DNA of 30,382 nucleotides from a virus: IMG/VR virus record IMGVR_UViG_3300029936_000055; one strand, written 5' to 3'. Of this stretch, positions 7,048 through 14,588 are shown piece after piece (position 1 is the stretch's first letter; each line of letters opens with the position of its first letter). The notes under the pieces were generated by a model. It had not been told where the DNA came from. It did not search any database and saw nothing but the letters and a program-made list of their open reading frames with translations. A program made the position numbers and the translations under genes.

Positions 7048-7136
7048 GCGTGCGCCCCGTGCGTGCGCCTATCCATGCGGGTTACAGGCGTGCGCCCATG
7101 CGTGCGCCCATGCGTGCGGTGCGTGCGGTGCGTGCG
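7048..7136 (+). repeat. Right array of 7 GCGTGCG heptamers (inverse of the left array)
   Basis: Copies start at 7048, 7061, 7088, 7099, 7112, 7121 and 7130, several within CATGCGTGCGCCC units. Confidence 0.7.
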
Positions 7137-7189
7137 CCGGGCAGCACGCGCGCGCGCGCTCTGGTTTCTCCTTGCGGATCCAGAAAGAA

Positions 7190-7807
7190 ATGAACAGAAG
7201 GCTGAAGCCGATCGAGCTGGCCCGCTGCCTCGGCATCCACAAATCCTCGGTTTCCCGGGCCATTGCCGCCGGCCGCTTGACCTTGGGCGACGACGGCCGC
7301 CTCGACGAGCTGCAGGCGCTGCAGCAGTGGGCCAACACCAGGCACGGTGGCCGGCCGGATGTCGCCGAGCGACTGGAGCTGGCCCGTGCCGCCGCGCGGC
7401 AGACTGCCGACGCATCAGCGGCAACAGAGTCGTCCGACGCGCTGCCGGAAGCTGCGGAAGCCGCAGCGGAGACGGCAGCCGTGCCGGGCAGCCTGCAGGC
7501 GTACCGCATCGACCGCATGACCGCCGACAACGCGCGCCTGCTGCTGGCGCTCGATCTCAGCACCCATCGGCGCTATGTCGCCAGCCGGGCGCTCTCCGAA
7601 GCGCACGGCCTGGGGGCGACGCTGCGCGCGCAGTGCGAGCGGCTGGTAGACCAGGTCGCCGCGCAGCTCGCGGCACGCAGCGACCCGGCCGCCCGCCGAT
7701 TGATCCTGCAGACCGAAGTGCGGCGGCTTTCCAATGCCGTGCGGGCCAGCTTCCCCGCGGCCCTGCGGAGACTTCGCGACGCCACCGATGGGAAGGGTTT
7801 GGGATGA
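7190..7807 (+). CDS. Nu1-like HTH protein, putative small terminase subunit (205 aa)
   Basis: N-terminal KPIELARCLGIHKSSVSRAIAAGRL...LQQW, followed by a helical C-terminus like lambda Nu1. The upstream part of the track ORF only translates the repeat array. Confidence 0.5.
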   Translation: MNRRLKPIELARCLGIHKSSVSRAIAAGRLTLGDDGRLDELQALQQWANTRHGGRPDVAERLELARAAARQTADASAATESSDALPEAAEAAAETAAVPGSLQAYRIDRMTADNARLLLALDLSTHRRYVASRALSEAHGLGATLRAQCERLVDQVAAQLAARSDPAARRLILQTEVRRLSNAVRASFPAALRRLRDATDGKGLG

Positions 7808-7998
7808 GCCAGAAAGGACGCCTGCGCGCGCAAATGCCCAACGTCGCCGAATTCGTCGACGCCTTGCGGGATGCAGGCTACGGGCCAGACGTTGAAGCCG
7901 CCATGCGCAATGCCCTGGCCGGCTGCTGCGACTTCTACGCAGCGGAGAACGGGCAGGTGTTTGGGAAAAAGTACGTTTCATCTACAAGGAGCAAATAA
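7804..7998 (+). CDS. Hypothetical protein (64 aa)
   Basis: ATGA overlap with the upstream gene; high GC3. Confidence 0.5.
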   Translation: MSQKGRLRAQMPNVAEFVDALRDAGYGPDVEAAMRNALAGCCDFYAAENGQVFGKKYVSSTRSK

Positions 7999-8104
7999 TG
8001 GGTTCGGTCGTGATGAAGAATGCAACATTAAGATTGATTCCTTTTTCAGAAGGCATCCCGTTTGAAAGCAGATCGTCTTTTGCGATCAGCAGAGGGTAAG
8101 CGGA

Positions 8105-8506
8105 ATGGACGTCCAGCGATGCAAACCGGGATCCCAAGCCCTGATCATCACCGGCCACGGCAAGGAAGCGATGGCGCAGGCCGTCGCCGAAGGCCGTGTC
8201 CAGACCTACACCGTGACGAACGCCAACATCTTCAGCCTGCCGGACTACCTGGGCCAGATGCTCTCCGGCCTGCCGCTCGCAGTCACGCCGCGCACCGTCA
8301 TCGTCAACGGCTTCCCGCGCGGCCGCGTCGCCCGGTCACGCCTCCTGCGCACCATCATGAGCCAGACGCTGCGCATCGGAAACTGGGTGTTCGACACGCC
8401 CGCCTTCATCTTTTGCGTCAGCGACCGCGTCGTGCTCGACGTCTGGAACGACGGCGTCTTCCGTTGGAACATCATCAACATCGGCAAGAAGGAGAAAACC
8501 AAATGA
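8105..8506 (+). CDS. Hypothetical protein (133 aa)
   Basis: It follows a lower-GC, roughly 105-bp spacer. GGGTAAG lies upstream. No domain recognised. Confidence 0.55.
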   Translation: MDVQRCKPGSQALIITGHGKEAMAQAVAEGRVQTYTVTNANIFSLPDYLGQMLSGLPLAVTPRTVIVNGFPRGRVARSRLLRTIMSQTLRIGNWVFDTPAFIFCVSDRVVLDVWNDGVFRWNIINIGKKEKTK

Positions 8507-8730
8507 GCAGCCACGGTCACCCGCATCCGTGCGCGCGTGCCGGCTGCCGGCACTACCACAAGGTCCGGACGCCGCCATTGCTTGGCATCTCACGCGCTGT
8601 CGAATGGTGCGCCCGGCACGTGCCGATCATGGCGCCCTGCGACCATCTCGAGCCCGAACGCGCCGCCCAGCAAGACGACCGCACCGACGGCGCATTCTGC
8701 GCCAGGCCGCCGCGCCGGTGCCTGGCATGA
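8503..8730 (+). CDS. Cys/His-rich small protein (75 aa), possible metal-binding
   Basis: GGAG SD and ATGA coupling at both ends. GC3 favours this frame over the overlapping track ORFs. It has 6 Cys and 7 His. Confidence 0.5.
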   Translation: MSSHGHPHPCARAGCRHYHKVRTPPLLGISRAVEWCARHVPIMAPCDHLEPERAAQQDDRTDGAFCARPPRRCLA

Positions 8731-9482
8731 TCAGCGTGCGCCTCGACGGCCTCGACGCCCTGCAAGCCGAGCTGTCGGGATACGGCCGGCAGATCCCGTT
8801 CGCCGCCGCGCAGGCCATCACCATCACCGGGCACGCCGTACACGCCGACATTCGGGCAGAGCTGTCGGCGCGCGTGCAAGGTGGCGCCACCCCCTACACC
8901 CTGCGCGCGTTCGCCGTCACGGGCGCCACCAAGGCCGACCTGACCGCCACCATCAGCCTGAAGACGCCGCAGCAAGCGCCCGGCACGCCATACGAGCAAT
9001 CGATCGGCCATCTGTTCCGTGGTGGTCGGCGCAGCATCAAGCGCATCGAAGACTGGCTGCACGCCCGCGGCATCCTGCCGGCTGGCCAGCAGATCGCGCC
9101 CGGCCGCAGCGCGCCGATCGACGGCCGCGGCAATGTGCGCCGCCAGGCGCTGCAGGAAATGCTCGGCGTCCTCGCCGCCGCCGGCCGCGGGCTGCGCAAC
9201 CTGCGCGTCTACCGCAAAACGGGAAAATCCAAGGGGCCATCGGCGGTCGGCTTCTTCGTCGCCCTTCCGGGCGCTGCCCGGGCCAAGCACCTGCACCCGG
9301 GCATCTATCGGCGCGTCGAGCGCGGCGGCGAATCGGTCATCGAGCCGTGGTTCTACTTCGTCGCACCAGCCCCGTACGCGCGCGTCTTCGACATCGAAGC
9401 GATCGCCCGGCAGACGGTGTCCAGAACCTTCGCCGACACCTTCGCCAGGACGCTGGCGAAGGCCATCGCCGGGGCCCGCTGA
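8727..9482 (+). CDS. Hypothetical virion-associated-type protein (251 aa)
   Basis: ATG 8727. The N-terminus MISVRLDGLDALQAEL weakly resembles HK97 gp10-like proteins. The gene is coupled to the large terminase gene. Confidence 0.5.
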   Translation: MISVRLDGLDALQAELSGYGRQIPFAAAQAITITGHAVHADIRAELSARVQGGATPYTLRAFAVTGATKADLTATISLKTPQQAPGTPYEQSIGHLFRGGRRSIKRIEDWLHARGILPAGQQIAPGRSAPIDGRGNVRRQALQEMLGVLAAAGRGLRNLRVYRKTGKSKGPSAVGFFVALPGAARAKHLHPGIYRRVERGGESVIEPWFYFVAPAPYARVFDIEAIARQTVSRTFADTFARTLAKAIAGAR

Positions 9483-11677
9483 TGGCCACCCTCACCGAAG
9501 TCCAAACTGCGCGCGCCCGCCTGCTCGCGCAGCAGTCCGAGCACGAATACCGATCCGCCCTGGCCGACACCGTCCCGGCAGACCATCTGCTGTCCGCCGC
9601 CATCGGCGTCCGCCGCCAGGTGATTGATCTGCTCGCCGGCCTGACCGACCGCCTGCTCGAGTGCGTCGCCGACCAGGCCGACGAAACCCGCGTGCACTAC
9701 CTCCTCACCGAGCAGATCAACCAGGTGCTTCGCGAAGCCGGCGACCGCGCCCGCGCCGTCACCGCCAGCATGCCCACCTTCGGCGCCGAGTTCCGCCGCG
9801 GAGTGCGGCCGCGCGACCTGCTCACCGTCTCGCAGTGGGCGGACCGCTATCGCCTCATCACCAGCGGCACCAACGCCCCCGGCCCGTGGCAGACCGCGCT
9901 GACCCCGTACCTGCGCGCCATTCAGGATGATCTGTCCGAGCACTCGCCGGTCGCGACCGTCGTCTTCCGCAAGGCTTCCGGCCTCGGCGGCACGGAGGCC
10001 ATGTTCAACTGGATCGCCTACACCATGCATCACTTGGGCAACAGGGACATGCTTCTCGTGATGCCGACGCTCGAGCTGCGGGACCGCAGTCTCAACCCGC
10101 GGCTGGCCAAGATGCTGCGGCAGACCCCGGTCCTCTCGTCCCTCGTCACCACCGCGTCGCGCAACAACGCCAACCGCGTCGACATCCTCGAATACGGCGC
10201 CGACGCGCGGCTGATCAAGGCGGGCGCCAACAGCGCCGACAGCCTGCGATCAGACCACGTGCCCTACGTCATCTGCGACGAAGTGTCTGCATTCAAGTGG
10301 GACGTCGGCGGCGAAGGCGACCCATTCACCCTGATCGCCAACAGGCAGCGCACATTCACCCGCGCCAAGACGCTGCTGATCAGCACGCCGACCAACGACG
10401 GCCGCTGCCGCATCGATGAGGCCTACCAGGCCAGCGACCGGCGCCATTACCACGTCCCGTGCCCGGAGTGCGGCGCGCTGCACGAGCTGCAGCAGGCGAA
10501 TCTCCGCTGGCGCACGCTGCCCGAAGAGCACGCCCCTGGCCAGCCGGAGAAACAGATCGTCACCGCCGCCTGGATGGTCTGCCCGCACTGCGGCAGCGAG
10601 ATCCAGGAGGGCCAGAAGCCGCAGATGCTCGCGCGCGGAATCTGGATTGCCGACCGCCCGCATGTGCACCACGTGCACGGCTACCACCTCAACGCCTTCA
10701 ATGCACCGGTGGGCCTCGGCCTCTCGTGGGTCAAGATCGCGCAGAAGTGGCTCGATGCGCAGACCGACACCGCCAAGCTCAAGGCGTACATCAACACCTT
10801 CCTGGGCGAAGTCTTCGTCGAAAGCGGCCAGGGCGCCGACGCGCTTGCGCTGCTCTCCCGCCTCGAACCCTGGACGGCCGAGCAGATCCGGGCCAGCGTG
10901 CGGCCGCTGCGCATCGTCTGTGGCATCGACGTGCAGAAGGATCGCCTCGAAGCCACCCTGGCCGCCTTCGGGCTCGACGAAGAATGCTGGGTGCTCGACC
11001 ACCAGATCCTCGCCGGCGACACGGCGCAGCCTGAAGTATGGGCCGACCTCGCCGACCTCCTGCGCGCCGCCCGCGTCGAGCGCGCCTGCATCGACAGCGG
11101 CTACCAGACCGGCATGGTGCAGGATTTCTGCGCGCATCGCGCCTGGTGCGTGCCGACCAAGGGCCTTGCCGGCCCCGGCCGCGACGTCGTCGAAGACCAG
11201 CGCCGCCGCGCCGCCAGACTGCGCACCAAGCGCCGCCGCGGCCGGCCCGTCGAGCCCATCGGCGTCGATCATGCCAAGGCCCTGATCTACAGCCGGCTAG
11301 CTCAGACCAAGGTCGGCGCCGGTTACATCCACTTCCCGGCCGAGGCCTGGGCCGATGACGAGTACTTCCTGCAGCTCGCCGCCGAACAGATGCGCACGCG
11401 CCAGCGCGGCGGCAGGACCATCACCGAATGGGTCCAGATCCGGCCGCGCAATGAAGCGCTCGACTGCCTCGTGCTGTGCCTGTCCGCGCATCGCCTTGCC
11501 GGCAAGCTCAAGGCCACCGACAAGCCGGCCGCTTCAGCGCCCGAGCAACGCACAGCGAGCGCGCCGGCCGCAACGCCAACGGACCAGGGCGCCGCACCGC
11601 CAACCGCACCGCCCACCATCCGCCGGCCACCGCGCCGCCCGCCCGCCGCATCCGACTCTTGGGAGACAAGACTATGA
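9482..11677 (+). CDS. terL: Terminase large subunit, lambda GpA family, with an N-terminal extension of about 96 aa (731 aa)
   Basis: Collinear similarity to lambda gpA: WADRYRL, PYLRAIQDDL, CPECG...CPHCG, RNEALDC. The first 315 codons of the 1046-aa track ORF are rejected. Confidence 0.85.
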   Translation: MATLTEVQTARARLLAQQSEHEYRSALADTVPADHLLSAAIGVRRQVIDLLAGLTDRLLECVADQADETRVHYLLTEQINQVLREAGDRARAVTASMPTFGAEFRRGVRPRDLLTVSQWADRYRLITSGTNAPGPWQTALTPYLRAIQDDLSEHSPVATVVFRKASGLGGTEAMFNWIAYTMHHLGNRDMLLVMPTLELRDRSLNPRLAKMLRQTPVLSSLVTTASRNNANRVDILEYGADARLIKAGANSADSLRSDHVPYVICDEVSAFKWDVGGEGDPFTLIANRQRTFTRAKTLLISTPTNDGRCRIDEAYQASDRRHYHVPCPECGALHELQQANLRWRTLPEEHAPGQPEKQIVTAAWMVCPHCGSEIQEGQKPQMLARGIWIADRPHVHHVHGYHLNAFNAPVGLGLSWVKIAQKWLDAQTDTAKLKAYINTFLGEVFVESGQGADALALLSRLEPWTAEQIRASVRPLRIVCGIDVQKDRLEATLAAFGLDEECWVLDHQILAGDTAQPEVWADLADLLRAARVERACIDSGYQTGMVQDFCAHRAWCVPTKGLAGPGRDVVEDQRRRAARLRTKRRRGRPVEPIGVDHAKALIYSRLAQTKVGAGYIHFPAEAWADDEYFLQLAAEQMRTRQRGGRTITEWVQIRPRNEALDCLVLCLSAHRLAGKLKATDKPAASAPEQRTASAPAATPTDQGAAPPTAPPTIRRPPRRPPAASDSWETRL

Positions 11678-12003
11678 CCGCCCCGCCGCTCCGCCATCCT
11701 CCCAGTCGTCGTCTGCCAGAGTCCGCCGAGTGGCTGGCCGAGCAGATCCAGCACTCGCTGGCCGACGAGCTGCAGACGCCGGACGAACTGCTGGCGCCGC
11801 TGGCGCAGGCCATCGTCCGCCGGCTGATGGTCGAATGCGGCGGCGCCAGCGTCTACCTGCCGGCCCGCTGCCGGCCGAGCGCGCAGGAGATCCGCGCCCG
11901 CTGCGACGGCCGTCCGATCGCCGAGGTTGCGCGCGGTCTCGGCGTGTCGCGGACGACGGTGTATCGGGTGCTGGCTGGAAAGGATGGCTCGACATGTGTT
12001 TAG
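11674..12003 (+). CDS. Mor/C-family transcription activator-like protein (109 aa)
   Basis: ECGGASVYLPA...DGRPIAEVARGLGVSRTTVYRVL parallels Mu Mor GGGQVYIPR...NGRNVSELTTRYGVTFNTVYK. Confidence 0.7.
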   Translation: MTAPPLRHPPSRRLPESAEWLAEQIQHSLADELQTPDELLAPLAQAIVRRLMVECGGASVYLPARCRPSAQEIRARCDGRPIAEVARGLGVSRTTVYRVLAGKDGSTCV

Positions 12004-12143
12004 CAGAAGCCTTTTTTCTACTGATTGGCTGCGCAGCCGTGCTGGCTGTTCTCGGCCCGCAGCACAAACGGACCAATAGCAACCCGCCGCCGACATACGA
12101 GAGGCCGCCGCCGCCACCATCGCCGCCGCCGCGGCGCTTATGA
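11994..12143 (+). CDS. Possible small Pro-rich membrane or lipoprotein-like peptide (49 aa)
   Basis: AAGGA upstream. The sequence MCLAEAFFLLIGC is lipobox-like but has no N-terminal positive charge. GC3 is low. Confidence 0.3.
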   Translation: MCLAEAFFLLIGCAAVLAVLGPQHKRTNSNPPPTYERPPPPPSPPPRRL

Positions 12144-12326
12144 AGCGGCAGACTTGATCCGGAAAAGTTCCCACAGTCCCGGATGCATGCGCCGGTTTCC
12201 GGCTTCCCACTCCTGCCAGCCGCGCAAAGTACAATGGATTAGCGCAGCGGCAGCGGTTTGGGTCAGTCCGGCCGCCTCGCGGGCTGCGCGGACTTCGGCA
12301 GGAGATGGGTGGTTAGCTGCGGTCAT
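12138..12326 (-). CDS. Small XRE/YiaG-type HTH protein, Aca2-like N-terminal pattern (62 aa)
   Basis: AEVRAAREAAGLTQTAAAALIHCTLRGWQEWEAGNRRMHPG. ATGA coupling to the upstream gene. Confidence 0.7.
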   Translation of the reverse strand: MTAANHPSPAEVRAAREAAGLTQTAAAALIHCTLRGWQEWEAGNRRMHPGLWELFRIKSAAS

Positions 12327-12562
12327 GGTGAATAACCAGAATCCTTCCCCACGGGGCCGCTGATGATCGCGTTAATCTCGGACATCAACACAGCCGCTTC
12401 CATGCTTTCATCCTCCATACACGTGAAATCGTCGCGCTCGATGACAAACTCGGTATTGTTCCAGTTGGGATTGAACAGCGCTGTCTGCTGCAGAAGCTCT
12501 TTGATCGTGAGCACGTCGGCTTCTGGAACTTCGTAAGCGATTTTGATGGTGGTCGTTGCCAT
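12323..12562 (-). CDS. Small, strongly acidic protein of unknown function (79 aa; 14 D/E versus 4 K/R)
   Basis: AAGGAG lies 6 nt upstream of the ATG. GC is visibly lower than in the flanks. The gene has its own promoter. Confidence 0.65.
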   Translation of the reverse strand: MATTTIKIAYEVPEADVLTIKELLQQTALFNPNWNNTEFVIERDDFTCMEDESMEAAVLMSEINAIISGPVGKDSGYSP

Positions 12563-12612
12563 TTCGATCTCCTTGCTTGTTGGCGGGTTGCGATGCGCTC
12601 CCCATGAACTGC

Positions 12613-12640
12613 ATTATACACGCAATGCGTGCAAAAGCAA
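12613..12640 (-). promoter_or_regulatory. Sigma70-type promoter: TTGCTT-N16-TATAAT
   Basis: Minus-strand -35 at 12640..12635 and -10 at 12618..12613, about 50 nt upstream of ATG 12562. Confidence 0.65.
12619..12631. promoter_or_regulatory. Perfect 13-bp palindrome CACGCA-A-TGCGTG inside the promoter spacer (operator candidate)
   Basis: It lies within the 16-nt gap between the -35 and -10 elements, covering 13 of its 16 nt. Confidence 0.5.
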
Positions 12641-12652
12641 GCGCTATTTGCA
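12630..12652. promoter_or_regulatory. TGCAAA-N11-TTTGCA dyad overlapping the -35
   Basis: It has the same geometry and TGCAA/TTGCA core as the OR dyad at 3366..3388. Confidence 0.4.
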
Positions 12653-12813
12653 TTCCGCGACGAAAAATCACCCGCAAAAATTCCCATTTTTCCTAGAACT
12701 GGACACCCAGGACTGCGCACAATTCCGCGCATGCGCTGCCCTGTCACCACCATCCGCCGTGAATCCCCTCCAGTTTGCGGTGGACGGACTCCCCACCAGG
12801 GCAGCGCACCCGC

Positions 12814-13032
12814 ATGAGCACGGCCGCCGACCTGCTTGCACTCTACCTGGAAGCCGAGGCGCGCATCCTGCGCCGGCAGTCCTACACCCTCGGCGACCGC
12901 ACCTTCACCCTTGCCAACCTCGCCGAAGTCCGCCGCGAGCGCGAACGCCTCGAAAAGCGGGTCGCCGCTGAAGCCACCGGCGGTGCCGGCCGGGTCGGCC
13001 CGCGTCATCTGCAGGCCGACTTCTCGGCATGA
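12814..13032 (+). CDS. gpW-like head-tail joining protein (72 aa)
   Basis: ADLLALYLEAEARILRRQSYTLGDRTFTLANLAEVRRERERLEKRV fits the gpW pattern. It sits just before the portal gene, as in lambda. Confidence 0.65.
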   Translation: MSTAADLLALYLEAEARILRRQSYTLGDRTFTLANLAEVRRERERLEKRVAAEATGGAGRVGPRHLQADFSA

Positions 13033-14588
13033 ACTGGCTGGATCGCATGATCGCCGCCGTTGCGCCCGCCTCCGCAGTCCGCCGGCAGCAGGCCCGCCGG
13101 CAGCTTGCCGTGCTCGGCGCCTACGACGCAGCGACGCCCAGCCGGCTCCGGAAGTACTCGCGCGACACGCGCAGCGGCGAAGCGCTTGCCCGCCTGCAAG
13201 CGCCGTCGATCCGGCAGCAGGCGCGCGAGCTTGACCGCAACCACGACCTGGCCAGTGGCGCACTCACCGTGCTGGTCAACAACATCGTCGGGCCAGGCGG
13301 AATCGGCATCGAACCGCAGCCGCGCAGCGTCTCCGGCGAAATCCTCGACGACCTCGCCGCCCGCCTGCTCGAGCTGTGGCGCGACTGGTGCCAGCAGCCC
13401 GAAGTCACCGGGCAGCACTCCTGGGCCTCGGCACAGCGCCTGGCATGCCGCACCTGGCTGCGCGACGGCGAGTGCTTTGCGCAGATCGTCGAAGGAACGG
13501 TCGCCAAGCTCGACCACCGCACGCTCGTCCCGCTGTCGCTCGAACTCATCGAAGCCGACCAGATCCCGGCCGACACTGACCTTGCCGGCCGCGCCAGCCA
13601 AGCCGGCATCGTGCGCAACGGCTGGGGCCGCCCGACCGCCTACCGCGTGCTCAAGGCGCATCCGGGCGATACATGGACGTGGTCCAACCGGCAGGACTTC
13701 AAGACCATCCCGGCCGACAGCATGCTGCACCTGCGGCTCGTCGATCGCATCGGCCAGTGCCGTGGCGTGTCGGTCCTGGCCAGCGTCATCACCCGCCTCG
13801 AAGACCTCAAGGACTACGAAGAGTCCGAGCGCATCGCCGCCAAGATCGCCGCCTCGATGGCCGCCTTCATCCGCAAGGGCACGCCCGATCTCTACGGCGC
13901 CACCGAGACCGAAGCCGACGGCACCACGCCGGCGCCGCGCGACATGCGCTTCCGGCCCGGCATGATCTTCGACGACCTCATGCCCGGCGAGGATATCGGC
14001 ACGATCGATTCGACGCGGCCGAACACCGGGCTGCAAGCCTACCGTGACGGCCAGCTGCGCGCGGTCGCCGGCGGCATCGGCGCCAGCTACTCGTCGGTGA
14101 GTCGCAACTACAACGGCACCTACTCCGCGCAGCGCCAGGAACTGGTCGAACAGTGGGTGCATTACCAGGCGCTCGCCGAGCACTTCACCGCGCAGTGGGT
14201 TCGCCCGGTCTGGCAGCGCTTCGTCGCGCTCGCCGTGCTGTCCGGCGCCGTCGAACTGCCCGGCGAGCTGCAGCCCGAGACGCTGGATGACGCGCTCTTC
14301 GTCGGCCAGACCATGCCCTGGATAGATCCGCAAAAGGAGGCGCAAGCCTCCGAGATCCTGGAGCGCAACCGCTACGTCTCGGCGCCCGAGATCATCCGCC
14401 GCCGCGGCGGCAACCCGCGCGAGACCATCCAGCAGCAGGCCGCCTGGCAGAGGATGCTGCGGGAGTCCGGCCTCGATCGCCAGCCGCCGGCCGCCGCGTC
14501 GCCTGCGCCCGCATCGCCGGAGCCATCGAACGACGGCGCCGATCCCGCCGAAGAGGCCAATCACCAGACCCCCGGAGCCACTGCATGA
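13029..14588 (+). CDS. Portal protein, lambda (gpB) family (519 aa)
   Basis: N-terminus MNWLDRMI...YDAA...SRLRKYS...ELDRNHDLA. Position matches the lambda order. Confidence 0.85.
   Translation: MNWLDRMIAAVAPASAVRRQQARRQLAVLGAYDAATPSRLRKYSRDTRSGEALARLQAPSIRQQARELDRNHDLASGALTVLVNNIVGPGGIGIEPQPRSVSGEILDDLAARLLELWRDWCQQPEVTGQHSWASAQRLACRTWLRDGECFAQIVEGTVAKLDHRTLVPLSLELIEADQIPADTDLAGRASQAGIVRNGWGRPTAYRVLKAHPGDTWTWSNRQDFKTIPADSMLHLRLVDRIGQCRGVSVLASVITRLEDLKDYEESERIAAKIAASMAAFIRKGTPDLYGATETEADGTTPAPRDMRFRPGMIFDDLMPGEDIGTIDSTRPNTGLQAYRDGQLRAVAGGIGASYSSVSRNYNGTYSAQRQELVEQWVHYQALAEHFTAQWVRPVWQRFVALAVLSGAVELPGELQPETLDDALFVGQTMPWIDPQKEAQASEILERNRYVSAPEIIRRRGGNPRETIQQQAAWQRMLRESGLDRQPPAAASPAPASPEPSNDGADPAEEANHQTPGATA

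Noticed and set aside
6863-7136. Possible CRISPR array, because of the many short repeats.
   Set aside because: The repeat unit is only 7-13 bp, spacing is irregular (9-27 bp), the two halves are inverted, and no unique spacers or cas genes are present.
6576-7189. Track ORFs running through the 6862..7189 gap (6576..7193, 7013..7189, 7063.., and minus-strand ORFs).
   Set aside because: They only translate the heptamer arrays, giving peptides such as MRAPMRAVRAVRAP or ACAHACAHACGACGAC. They have no SD and no globular character.
8537-9481. The N-terminal 315 codons of the 1046-aa track ORF that ends as the large terminase.
   Set aside because: The translation is Arg/Pro/Ala-rich. The region is better explained by three coupled genes in other frames with higher GC3 and SD sequences. 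Similarity to GpA starts only after ATG 9482.
12629-12817. A 62-aa plus-strand ORF in the cassette/gpW intergenic region.
   Set aside because: It has low and irregular GC3, no SD, and overlaps promoter and operator elements. The region behaves as regulatory DNA.
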